From Chlorobiota bacterium (lineage in GTDB: Bacteria > Bacteroidota > Ignavibacteria > Tepidaquicellales > OLB5): a DNA stretch of 64,000 nucleotides. The stretch lies in assembly GCA_022616535.1 (NCBI GenBank), contig JAKEEM010000035.1:718-64717 (forward strand), written 5' to 3'. Positions 30,128 through 40,167 of this stretch are shown one piece after another (positions within the stretch are counted from its first letter, which is position 1; every line of letters starts with the position of its first letter). The notes below the pieces were generated by a model, which made no database searches, was not told the origin of the DNA, and was given only the letters and a program-made list of their open reading frames with translations. The translations under genes and the position numbers were made by a program.

Positions 30128-33085
30128 ATGCTTAAGGAAGAACTAAAATCAATTTTCAGGAAATACAAAAGCGACAGCGAAATTTATCACGATTTGGCAC
30201 AATATCATGTGAGGGAGATTCTTCTTGTTACATCCCTATACGATGCGTTTATTCTTGAGGAGGAGGAAAGGCTGAACGAAAAAATATTCGGTGAGTATTA
30301 TAATCTCGATTTGGTTAACGTCCCGAGAATAACCAACGCCTCCGATGAAAACGAAGTGGAAACTCTGCTTAAGCAGAAGTATTTTGATTTTGCCATAATT
30401 ACTATGAGGACGCAGAATATAACTCCAATTGAGCTTGCGGAGAAAATCAAAAAAATAAGGCCAAAGCTGCCAGTTTTTCTGCTCCTTTACGATAACAGCG
30501 ATATCGCATTTGTGAATCAGATGAGGGATATGATTGATATTTTCGAGAAAATTTTTGTTTGGAACCGCGATACAAAAGTGTTTCTTGCCATTACCAAATA
30601 TTTTGAAGATAAAAAGAATGTTGAAATCGATACCGAAGTGGGGCTTGTCAGGGTAATTCTTCTTGTCGAAAACTCAATTAGGTATTACTCGCGCTACCTG
30701 CCGGTGCTGTATAATGAAATTATCAAGCAGACGCAGCGGCTTATTACGCTGGACGGGCTTGACGGAATGAGAAAAATACTAAGGATGCGTGCAAGGCCCA
30801 AAGTCCTAATGGCGGTTAATTATGAGGAAGCAATTGAAATTTACGAGAAGTACAAGGAGTATCTGCTATGCGTAATATCGGATGCAAGGTTCCCCCGTGA
30901 AGGCAAAATAAATGAAGAAGCCGGCATAAATCTCCTTGAGCGTGTTAAAACTGATGGCGGTGATATTCCATTTCTTCTTCAGTCATCAGAAGGAAATTTT
31001 GAAAAGGTCGCCTCTAAGCTTGAGGTTTCGTTTATAAATAAAAACTCAGATACCTTATCGGAAGACTTAAAGGATTTTGTCGTCAATAACCTCGGGTTCG
31101 GAGATTTTATTTTCAGGGATAAGGAGGGAAATGAAATCGTAAGAGCTGCTTCGATTGCTGAGTTTAAAGACTATCTTGAAGCGGTGCCGGCGGACTCGGT
31201 CTTATACCACGGAAGCAGGAACCATTTTTCGGCATGGCTAATGGCAAGGGGCGAAATCAGAATTGCAGAACAGCTTCAGCCCATTAAGGTATCGGATTTT
31301 CCGGGCGCAGAGGAGGTAAGGAAATACTTGATTGAAGTTATACGCAATGTTGAGCCGAGCGTCTCACGCGGGGGGGTGGTTGATTTTGAGGAAGAGGATT
31401 TCTTTGTGGAAGATGATTTAATCCTTAGGCTTTCAAACGGCTCCTTTGGAGGCAAGGGCAGAGGAATAGTTTTTATAAATACGCTGATTCAGGCAAAGGA
31501 GCTTTTTAAGGAAGTTGATGGTGTATCGATAAAAATTCCAAGAACTGCAGTTGTAGGAGTTGAAGAATACGATAACTTCCTTGATAAAAATAACTTAAGA
31601 AAGATTTACCTTAAATCCGGCTACGATGCCTTAAAAAAACGATTTTTAAAATCCGAGCTATCCAATGAGCTGAAATTCAAGCTCCGCTCATATCTTAAAA
31701 AAGTTAAGGTTCCCCTTGCAGTCCGCTCATCGGGAATGTACGAGGACTCAATCTCCGAGTCGTTTTCCGGTATTTATCAGACTTATCTTATACCCAACAA
31801 TCACCCCTCGGTCGACGAGCGCCTTAAAAACCTTACCGATGCTATTAAGCTTGTTTACGCTTCCGTGTTTTCGAAGCACTCAACTGCATATTTCGATGCC
31901 ATTAATTACAGAATCGATGAGGAAAAAATGGCGGTCGTTATTCAGGAGATTGCCGGAAAAGATTTCGAGGATACATTTTTCCCCAATATATCGGGAGTTG
32001 CCCAGTCATACAACTTTTACCCAATATCGCGCTTTAAGCCGGAGGACGGCATCTGCGTAGCCGCACTTGGACTCGGTAAATATGTGATTGACGGCGAAAA
32101 GGCATACCGCTTCTGCCCGAAGTTTCCGAAAATAGATATCATATCTCCCGAAGACCAGATTAAAGACACCCAGTCTTTCCTGTATGCAATCGATATGAAA
32201 AAACAGCTTGCCAATCTTGTTGAGGGCGAGGACATTACTTTGAAAAAGGTCGATATCAGTGAAGCCGAAAAGTTCGGGGTGCTTGAGGGCATCGCATCGG
32301 TTTGGGACCCGCAGGACAAGAAAATGAAAACAGGACTTAACTTTCCCGGTCCAAGAATAATAAATTTCGGCGGTGTGCTGAAGCTTAACACTTTCCCGCT
32401 TGCGCAGATTTTAACAAGACTGCTTGAAATCATTGAAAGCTCAATGGGTCTTCCCGTTGAAATTGAGTTTGCCGCAAATTTAAACAGCGGCAAACCGGCT
32501 TTTTACGTCCTGCAGCTTAAGCCGCTTATCAGAAGCTCGGAATACTTTTCAATCGAAACGGGCGAAATAAAAAAAGATGAGCTTGTACTTTATACCGAAA
32601 GGGGAATGGGCAACGGAAAGATTGACTATATAACCGATATAATCTACGCAGACCCTGAGAAGTTCAACAAATCCGAAACAGTCCAAATGGTGCATGAAAT
32701 TGAAAAGCTGAACGAAAAAATGCGTGGCGAAAACAAAAATTATATATTAATCGGACCCGGCAGGTGGGGAACCCGCGACAAATGGCTCGGTATTCCCGTT
32801 GTGTGGACGCAGATTTCAAAAGCGAAAATAATTGTTGAGACAGACCTTGCGGATTTTAAAGTCGATGCCTCGCTCGGCTCGCATTTCTTTCATAACATTA
32901 CGTCTATGAATATCGGCTACTTCACGGTTCACAGCACAAACGGCGAGGCGTTTATTGACTGGGGCTGGCTTAAAAGCATTACGCCGTTTGAAACCACGCA
33001 GCACTTCACTCACCTTAAGTTCGCTCAGCCTCTTGTAATCCTTATGGACGGCAAAAAGAGCATTAGCTTGATTAAGAAGAATTAA
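30128..33085 (+). CDS. Receiver-domain / PEP-synthase (PPDK_N) ATP-grasp fusion protein
   Basis: REC-like ILLV strands and CVISDARFP; GGKGRG, LAVRSSG..EDS, MAVVIQE and EIEFA ATP-grasp motifs; C-terminal SLGSHFFHN. Confidence 0.85.
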   Translation: MLKEELKSIFRKYKSDSEIYHDLAQYHVREILLVTSLYDAFILEEEERLNEKIFGEYYNLDLVNVPRITNASDENEVETLLKQKYFDFAIITMRTQNITPIELAEKIKKIRPKLPVFLLLYDNSDIAFVNQMRDMIDIFEKIFVWNRDTKVFLAITKYFEDKKNVEIDTEVGLVRVILLVENSIRYYSRYLPVLYNEIIKQTQRLITLDGLDGMRKILRMRARPKVLMAVNYEEAIEIYEKYKEYLLCVISDARFPREGKINEEAGINLLERVKTDGGDIPFLLQSSEGNFEKVASKLEVSFINKNSDTLSEDLKDFVVNNLGFGDFIFRDKEGNEIVRAASIAEFKDYLEAVPADSVLYHGSRNHFSAWLMARGEIRIAEQLQPIKVSDFPGAEEVRKYLIEVIRNVEPSVSRGGVVDFEEEDFFVEDDLILRLSNGSFGGKGRGIVFINTLIQAKELFKEVDGVSIKIPRTAVVGVEEYDNFLDKNNLRKIYLKSGYDALKKRFLKSELSNELKFKLRSYLKKVKVPLAVRSSGMYEDSISESFSGIYQTYLIPNNHPSVDERLKNLTDAIKLVYASVFSKHSTAYFDAINYRIDEEKMAVVIQEIAGKDFEDTFFPNISGVAQSYNFYPISRFKPEDGICVAALGLGKYVIDGEKAYRFCPKFPKIDIISPEDQIKDTQSFLYAIDMKKQLANLVEGEDITLKKVDISEAEKFGVLEGIASVWDPQDKKMKTGLNFPGPRIINFGGVLKLNTFPLAQILTRLLEIIESSMGLPVEIEFAANLNSGKPAFYVLQLKPLIRSSEYFSIETGEIKKDELVLYTERGMGNGKIDYITDIIYADPEKFNKSETVQMVHEIEKLNEKMRGENKNYILIGPGRWGTRDKWLGIPVVWTQISKAKIIVETDLADFKVDASLGSHFFHNITSMNIGYFTVHSTNGEAFIDWGWLKSITPFETTQHFTHLKFAQPLVILMDGKKSISLIKKN

Positions 33086-33312
33086 GTTTGCGGATTTGTT
33101 GCTCTTATTTTATAGTGTTAACAAGAAGCCGACGATGAATACTGTTTTTAAAATATGTGTCCAATTCCTTAACATACTTGCTGATCTAACAGGATTAACT
33201 TATCAGCAGGTAAATGTAACCATATTTTGTATACTTTGGCCCGTAAATAATTGTTTATCTGATTAAAATAGTTTTCAAAAAGTTCTTTAAACGCTTAGTA
33301 TAATTATGCCTT

Positions 33313-33660
33313 TTAATCAGGCTCAACATCCGTTGCATGGAAATAATCTCCATGCGAATGTCCTGTAAGTGTTACGGTTTTAGTATTATTAATTCCGGGC
33401 GGAAGCTCTTTGCCAAGAGTTACTTTCTTTTCAATGCCTTTTTTATCTTTAACAAAAAACGTTACCCCGCCATCCTGATTTGAGGTGAATCCCTTTTCCT
33501 GAATTACCTCCACCTTAATATTTTTGTTGGCAGTACTGTTAATATCGAAGTCATCAAACGATCCCGTTCCCTCTTTTGATGTAAAATAAACACTGTATGC
33601 AAGATATACCAGAAATAAAATTATTATTGCCAGTATTACTGTCTTTTTTGATTTTGTCAT
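33313..33660 (-). CDS. Membrane-anchored OB-fold protein, CcmE-like
   Basis: Single N-terminal TM helix; TFFVKD..G....V, P.G......VTLTG......FHATDV pattern. Confidence 0.5.
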   Translation of the reverse strand: MTKSKKTVILAIIILFLVYLAYSVYFTSKEGTGSFDDFDINSTANKNIKVEVIQEKGFTSNQDGGVTFFVKDKKGIEKKVTLGKELPPGINNTKTVTLTGHSHGDYFHATDVEPD

Positions 33661-33811
33661 GATTTAAGTCCAGAAAAAAAATAATTCTAAAATGATTTCT
33701 ATGATTGGCTTAATGATACAAAAATAATAAAATAAGGCAGAATAACCGAATTTTGTTACTCCTTTGTTACTCGCCAAAAAATAAATTCAATAGGGACAGA
33801 TACTTGCCTTA

Positions 33812-34543
33812 TTAACTAGGGTTTGTTGCCCACACCGTTGCCTCTGTTATAAAACCTCTGTCATCCAATTCAAGCATGCTTATGATTGTATGAGCAATGT
33901 CTTCGGCTACAAGCTTTGTGGGGTTGATTTGTTTTTCTTCGCCGTGTTTAATAAAGCTTTTAAGCCATGTGGCTGAGTTATAGGAAAAATCTGTCTGCAC
34001 TTCGCTTGGATTTACGAGCATAACGCGGATATTGCTTTTCCTTAATTCCGCGCGCCAGCATTCGGTCATTCCCGCAAGCGCAAATTTCGATGCAACGTAA
34101 GGCGTGCCGTTTGCATAGCCCTTAGTTCCCGCTGTCGATGAAATGTTAACAATGTTGCCGTATTTTTGCTTAATAAAATGTTTTGACGCCTCGCGAGCGC
34201 AAAGCATTGCGCCTGTCAGATTCACAGCGAGCATCTTATTGAATTTTTCAAGCTCAATTTCCGATATATGTGCAAAATATCCGAATGCGGCATTGTTAAT
34301 CAGCACATTAAAATCACCAAGCTCTTTAACAACAGTTTTCACCATATCAACAACGTCTTTTTCAACGCTCACATCAGCCTTCACAGCCAGCGCGCCGAGT
34401 TCTTTTGCCGCATTATTTAGATTCTCTGAATTTCTTCCGCAAATTGCGACTTTTGCGCCTTTATCGATAAGCGCCTTTGCCGTTGCGTAGCCGATTCCCA
34501 AGCTTCCGCCGGTTACAAGTGCCTTTGCATTTTTTAAATTCAT
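33812..34543 (-). CDS. Short-chain dehydrogenase/reductase
   Basis: TGGSLGIG, NNAA, YVASK. True start is ATG 34543 with an AGGAG SD; the longer ORF call runs into the REP element. Confidence 0.9.
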   Translation of the reverse strand: MNLKNAKALVTGGSLGIGYATAKALIDKGAKVAICGRNSENLNNAAKELGALAVKADVSVEKDVVDMVKTVVKELGDFNVLINNAAFGYFAHISEIELEKFNKMLAVNLTGAMLCAREASKHFIKQKYGNIVNISSTAGTKGYANGTPYVASKFALAGMTECWRAELRKSNIRVMLVNPSEVQTDFSYNSATWLKSFIKHGEEKQINPTKLVAEDIAHTIISMLELDDRGFITEATVWATNPS

Positions 34544-34601
34544 TTTAACTCCTTTGTTAGGACTACAATATAAAAAAAATTTTGTAAAATCCCTATTGAA
34601 T

Positions 34602-34682
34602 GTAGGGGACGACCCTTGTGCCTGCCTGCAGCAGGCAGGTCGTCCCAAAAAAATAGGACAAACACACGGGTTTGTCCCTTAC
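34602..34682. repeat. Inverted doublet of GTAG-type REP hairpins (REPIN-like) with a nested 19-bp palindrome
   Basis: GTAG-GGGACGAC-CCTTGT-G[19 bp]TCGTCCC, then on the other strand GTAA-GGGACAAAC-CCGTGT-GTTTGTCC. Confidence 0.8.
34620..34640 (-). repeat. Palindromic element ACCTGCCTGCTGCAGGCAGGC, copy 3
   Basis: GCCTGCCTGCAGCAGGCAGGT is the reverse complement of copies 1 and 2. Confidence 0.9.
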
Positions 34683-34702
34683 TGAATAAATGGAATACCA
34701 AT

Positions 34703-34735
34703 AATAAACCCCGAGCCAAAAAGCACGGGGTTATT
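34703..34735 (-). terminator. Putative terminator downstream of gdhA
   Basis: AACCCCG..CGGGGTT stem with an A/T-rich tail on the minus strand. Confidence 0.55.
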
Positions 34736-34739
34736 GAAC

Positions 34740-34808
34740 ATTGCTTTATTGTTTTATTATCCTATTATCTTATTGTTTATTGTCCTATTGTCTTTTTGCT
34801 TTATTGGT

Positions 34809-34810
<2 letters not shown>
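34740..34810. repeat. Degenerate 8-bp tandem repeat (ATTGTCTT-like)
   Basis: ATTGCTTT ATTGTTTT ATTATCCT ATTATCTT ATTGTTT ATTGTCCT ATTGTCTT TTTGCTTT ATTGGTTT. Confidence 0.75.
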
Positions 34811-36242
<1,432 letters not shown>

Positions 36243-36303
36243 TTATTACACAAAATTAGCGGTTTTAACTCATTTTAAACAATGATTAAAATCATATATA
36301 ATA

Positions 36304-36336
36304 CCCTCACCCTTAGCCTCTCCCAAAGGGAGAGGG
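36304..36336. repeat. CCCTCACCC...CCTCTCCC-AAA-GGGAGAGG palindromic repeat
   Basis: Perfect 8-bp stem at 36317-36335 preceded by CCCTCACCC; a degenerate inverted relative lies at about 21690-21716. Confidence 0.6.
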
Positions 36337-36363
36337 CGCTGACATTTTAATTAGAACCTATCG

Positions 36364-37839
36364 TTAAATATTCACTTTTTCCAGCTCATCGGCTTTTTCA
36401 AGAAGCCAGAGCTTGTGCCTGAAATCCATATTCATGTTCTCTTTTATTTCCTTTTTAATAATATATAAATTATCCGGGCTTCCGGAGGATTTAATTTTTA
36501 CCAGCATTCCGAGGTAATTAAGGAAATTTGTGTGATAGCCCCTGATTAGCTCAGTAATTATTTTTTCATTTTTAAGGTAATGTCTGTATGTATCCATAAG
36601 CGAAAAAAATGAATCGTATTGGTTTGTTTCGTAATATATTTTAATAAGGATAAATTTTGTGGATAGCTTGAATAGCGGAAATGCGCTTGATACTTTGTTT
36701 AAATGCTCAAGCGATTTGTTATACTCCTTCTTTTCTAAATAAAGCATAGCATTGCTTAGCTCAAGCGTGTCATCTCTCATCTCGCCTTTTATCTCTTTGC
36801 CGTGGGTAGAAATAAAGTTTTCGATATAATCGTGTTCCTTCGCAATCAGCCCTATTACTATAAAGTTTCTGAAAAAGATTAAGCCCATTCCGGCCTCATC
36901 TGAATCACTTTTATAGAGCTTTTTCTCTAAAGCCTCTGTATAAAGATTAAAAGCTTCACGAAGAAATTTTAAATTCCCAGTCTTTAGCTGCATCAGGCAA
37001 TATTCTATTACATAATGGAATCTCGAGGATTTTTCGGCCGAATGCAATTTTTCAAAATTTTTGAAAGTGTATTCTTTCAACCGGGGATAGTAATAGTCGT
37101 TTTCTGGATAGCGGTGGCCCATAAACATGTAATAATAATACAATACAAAATCATGATATTCATTTTTTTCAGCCGGCAGGCTGTTTATGAATTCTTCGAA
37201 GTTGAAATATCTGATAAACAATTCCGCCGATGAGCCGGTGAATTCATAATTAAAAGACATTTTGTCAACAAGCATTCCATGATACAGCACTACCAGCTTA
37301 ACAATAAAGGAATAAATAAAGTAGTCGCCGTAATCTACTGTGTTTCTGTGTATTTTATCCTGCCTGTTTCTGTTAAGGCTAAAATTAATCATTAATTCCT
37401 CAAGCATTGCTTTCCTGTTAAAAAATTCTTTATTCAATTTTTCAGCATTAAGGAAAATCTTCGCATCACGGTATTCCTTTTCGAATAAATTATCGGCAAA
37501 ATGCAAATCCAGTTTTTTTAAATAATGGTATTTGAATGCAAAAGTGTCTCCCATTAAACCCGATACGGTTAAAAACTGCTTGCCGAGATTATAAAGGTAT
37601 GCGCTGTGAAGAATCATAGTGTTCGGGTCGTATTTCCTGTCCGGATACAGCTTTTCAAAAACTGTTTGTTTGCTTACTTCTTCTTTTTTGAAATCAGGAT
37701 ATGATTTTCTCAAAATATCATACAGCCTTATTACATCTTTTCTGTTGTTGTGAAAAGGCGAGCGGACGAATTTCCCGAACTCCCTTAACTCGTGCCTAGA
37801 TAAACATTTTAAAAAACTGATTATTTTAGTGTTTTGCAT
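36364..37839 (-). CDS. Hypothetical all-alpha protein (putative HTH-like N-terminus plus TPR-like C-terminus)
   Basis: N-terminal LS..ELREFGKFVRSPFHN...LY..L.K.YP pattern, no signal peptide, TPR-like helices, ends WLLEKADEL. Confidence 0.65.
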   Translation of the reverse strand: MQNTKIISFLKCLSRHELREFGKFVRSPFHNNRKDVIRLYDILRKSYPDFKKEEVSKQTVFEKLYPDRKYDPNTMILHSAYLYNLGKQFLTVSGLMGDTFAFKYHYLKKLDLHFADNLFEKEYRDAKIFLNAEKLNKEFFNRKAMLEELMINFSLNRNRQDKIHRNTVDYGDYFIYSFIVKLVVLYHGMLVDKMSFNYEFTGSSAELFIRYFNFEEFINSLPAEKNEYHDFVLYYYYMFMGHRYPENDYYYPRLKEYTFKNFEKLHSAEKSSRFHYVIEYCLMQLKTGNLKFLREAFNLYTEALEKKLYKSDSDEAGMGLIFFRNFIVIGLIAKEHDYIENFISTHGKEIKGEMRDDTLELSNAMLYLEKKEYNKSLEHLNKVSSAFPLFKLSTKFILIKIYYETNQYDSFFSLMDTYRHYLKNEKIITELIRGYHTNFLNYLGMLVKIKSSGSPDNLYIIKKEIKENMNMDFRHKLWLLEKADELEKVNI

Positions 37840-37974
37840 AAGTTTAGCTTTAAATATTTTTTTATGATATGTTTTGCCGGTAATCTAACTCGTAATTTAA
37901 GCTTTCCAGTCTTTTTTTACAATATATTTATTCACTTGTATTATGGAATTGTGCAAGGATTCAGTAAAAATTTC

Positions 37975-38007
37975 TTTGACATACCCTTAAAAAATAGCTT
38001 ATATTTG
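37975..38007 (+). promoter_or_regulatory. Bacteroidota-type promoter (TTTG-N21-TATATTTG)
   Basis: TTTG at 37975-37978 and TATATTTG at 38000-38007, upstream of ATG 38030. Confidence 0.5.
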
Positions 38008-38029
38008 ACAATAACTGAAGGATAGGTAA

Positions 38030-38401
38030 ATGAAAACAAAGCTCTCATTTGTTTTACTTTCATTTTTGCTTCTTGCTATGCACTTCTTGATAACAGGTTT
38101 TCAGTTAAACGGGAATACAAACGACTCGGCTGAACCGCGCAGGCTGAAATATTTATACGTTGTTGAAACGGATTTGTCCGTAAGGGAATTTTTCGATGTT
38201 TTCTGCGGGAGGCTGATTGCTAAATATAACTGGTACAAAGTTTCTGCGAATTTGAGCGGGGATGAAATATACACCGGCATTTTCAGCTTCCGTGATAATT
38301 CGAAAAATTTCTGGCGGTGCGAAGTAAAAATTAAAAAAGTAAGAAATACGTCAAATAAAATATCCGTTGAAATGGTAGTGAGCCCTTATTTGGAAACTTG
38401 A
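38030..38401 (+). CDS. Small exported hypothetical protein
   Basis: AGGA SD, MKTK plus hydrophobic signal peptide; 123 aa. Confidence 0.6.
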   Translation: MKTKLSFVLLSFLLLAMHFLITGFQLNGNTNDSAEPRRLKYLYVVETDLSVREFFDVFCGRLIAKYNWYKVSANLSGDEIYTGIFSFRDNSKNFWRCEVKIKKVRNTSNKISVEMVVSPYLET

Positions 38402-38461
38402 GCTGTTCATGTTGTTTGGGATGTGAATACAAATAAAAATTTATTAATAAAGGGTATCACT

Positions 38462-40111
38462 ATGAAAAAATTAATTATTTTTTTGGCTGTAAGCTCTTTG
38501 TTTATGATTTCTTCATTAATGATTTCGAAAGCGCAGGTTTCCGAGCAGTGGGTTCAAAAGTACAACGGCCCCGGCAGCGCTGAAGATGCCGCGACAAGCA
38601 TTGCTGTCGATGCTTCGGGAAATATATACGTTACGGGATACAGCACAGGCAGCGGCAGCGGCCATGATTACACCACAATTAAATACAGCCCTTCGGGAAG
38701 CCAGCAGTGGGTCGCAAGGTATAACGGTCCCGGAAATGCATTGGATGAAGCGCTTGCAATTGCTGTCGATGCGGCTGGCAATGTTTACATTACAGGAAGA
38801 AGCGCTGCGGGCTCAACAGAATATACTTATGATTACGCGACTATAAAATATAATTCGTCCGGCACCCAGCTTTGGGCGGCAAGGTATAATAGCCCGGTAA
38901 ACGGGCAGGATGTTGCTTTTGCCATAGCAGTTGACTCCGAAGGAAATGTTTACGTAACGGGTCAGAGCGGCCATCCCGCCTTAGACTCCGATATCGGTAC
39001 AATAAAATATAACTCAGCAGGGGTTCAGCAGTGGGCTGTTGAGTACGATTTAACGGGTAATTGGGATACAGGTCTTTCCATTGCAGTTGATAATCTGAAT
39101 AATGTTTACGTTGCGGGATTTCACAGCACTAACTGGGGCACAGCTTACTTAGATTATGTAACAATTAAATATAACGCGCAGGGGATTCAGCAGTGGACCA
39201 GAGGCTACAACGGGGCAGGCAATAATTCCGACAATGCTATTGTTGTAGGTCTTGATGGCTCGGGGAATGTTTATGTAACCGGGTTCAGCACCGGACAACC
39301 CGGACAAGTTTACGATATTGCAACGATTAAGTATAATCCCTCAGGCGACCAGCAATGGGTGCAAACATACAGCTCGGGCAGCCCTTCAATCGATGTTCCG
39401 CGTGCGATGAAAATAGATGAATCAGGCAATGTATATATAACCGGGGCTATTTCCTTCGATATCGGGACTTTGAAATATAATTCAAACGGTGTTCAGCAAT
39501 GGGTTGCAAGGTATGATTTCAACGGCAATTTTGATGCTGCGCGCTCGATTGCAATAGACGGGCAGGGGAATTCGTATGTTACCGGAGTCAGCGGGAAAGC
39601 GCCGAATGAATCATTGAACGACTACGCCACGATTAAATACAGTTCCTCCGGTGCTCAGCAGTGGGTTCAAAGATACGACGGCGCGGCAAGTGACTGGGAT
39701 GAGGCTTATGGCATTGCCATTGATAACTCAGGTAATGTTTACGTTGCGGGCTACAGTAACGAAAATGCCGGTCTCAATGATATTACTACAATAAAATATT
39801 CACAAACAGTCGGTATTAATGTAATTTCAAGCGAAGTTCCAAATTCATTCTCTTTATTCCAGAATTATCCCAACCCGTTTAACCCTGTTACAAAAATCAG
39901 ATTTAACGTAGCGTCCGTTCCCCGAACGGACATTAAATTGGTTGTATATGATGTTGCAGGCAGAGAGATTACAACTCTTGTTAACCAGCAACTTAACCCC
40001 GGCACTTATGAAACCGAATGGGACGCTTCAAATCACACAAGCGGTATTTATTTTTACAGAATTACGGCAGGTGATTATTCCGAAACAAAGAAAATGATTT
40101 TAATAAAGTAA
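38462..40111 (+). CDS. SBBP-repeat beta-propeller protein with T9SS CTD
   Basis: Signal peptide from ATG 38462; seven W..RYNGP..D.A.AIAVD..GNVYVTG.S...DY.TIKY repeats; [12 protein letters not shown]. Confidence 0.88.
   Translation: MKKLIIFLAVSSLFMISSLMISKAQVSEQWVQKYNGPGSAEDAATSIAVDASGNIYVTGYSTGSGSGHDYTTIKYSPSGSQQWVARYNGPGNALDEALAIAVDAAGNVYITGRSAAGSTEYTYDYATIKYNSSGTQLWAARYNSPVNGQDVAFAIAVDSEGNVYVTGQSGHPALDSDIGTIKYNSAGVQQWAVEYDLTGNWDTGLSIAVDNLNNVYVAGFHSTNWGTAYLDYVTIKYNAQGIQQWTRGYNGAGNNSDNAIVVGLDGSGNVYVTGFSTGQPGQVYDIATIKYNPSGDQQWVQTYSSGSPSIDVPRAMKIDESGNVYITGAISFDIGTLKYNSNGVQQWVARYDFNGNFDAARSIAIDGQGNSYVTGVSGKAPNESLNDYATIKYSSSGAQQWVQRYDGAASDWDEAYGIAIDNSGNVYVAGYSNENAGLNDITTIKYSQTVGINVISSEVPNSFSLFQNYPNPFNPVTKIRFNVASVPRTDIKLVVYDVAGREITTLVNQQLNPGTYETEWDASNHTSGIYFYRITAGDYSETKKMILIK
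39908..39931 (+). repeat. GTAG REP-like hairpin in frame within a T9SS CTD
   Basis: GTAG-C-GTCCGTTC-CCC-GAACGGAC; encodes VASVPRTD. Confidence 0.75.
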
Positions 40112-40167
40112 ATTAATTACAAATAAATTATTTATAAGCAGCTTTTTCATAGAAAGGCGGAGGCATA

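Noticed and set aside
34544-34648. N-terminal extension of the SDR (MGRPACCRQA...)
   Set aside because: It is translation through the REP and palindrome; the ATG at 34543 has a proper SD.
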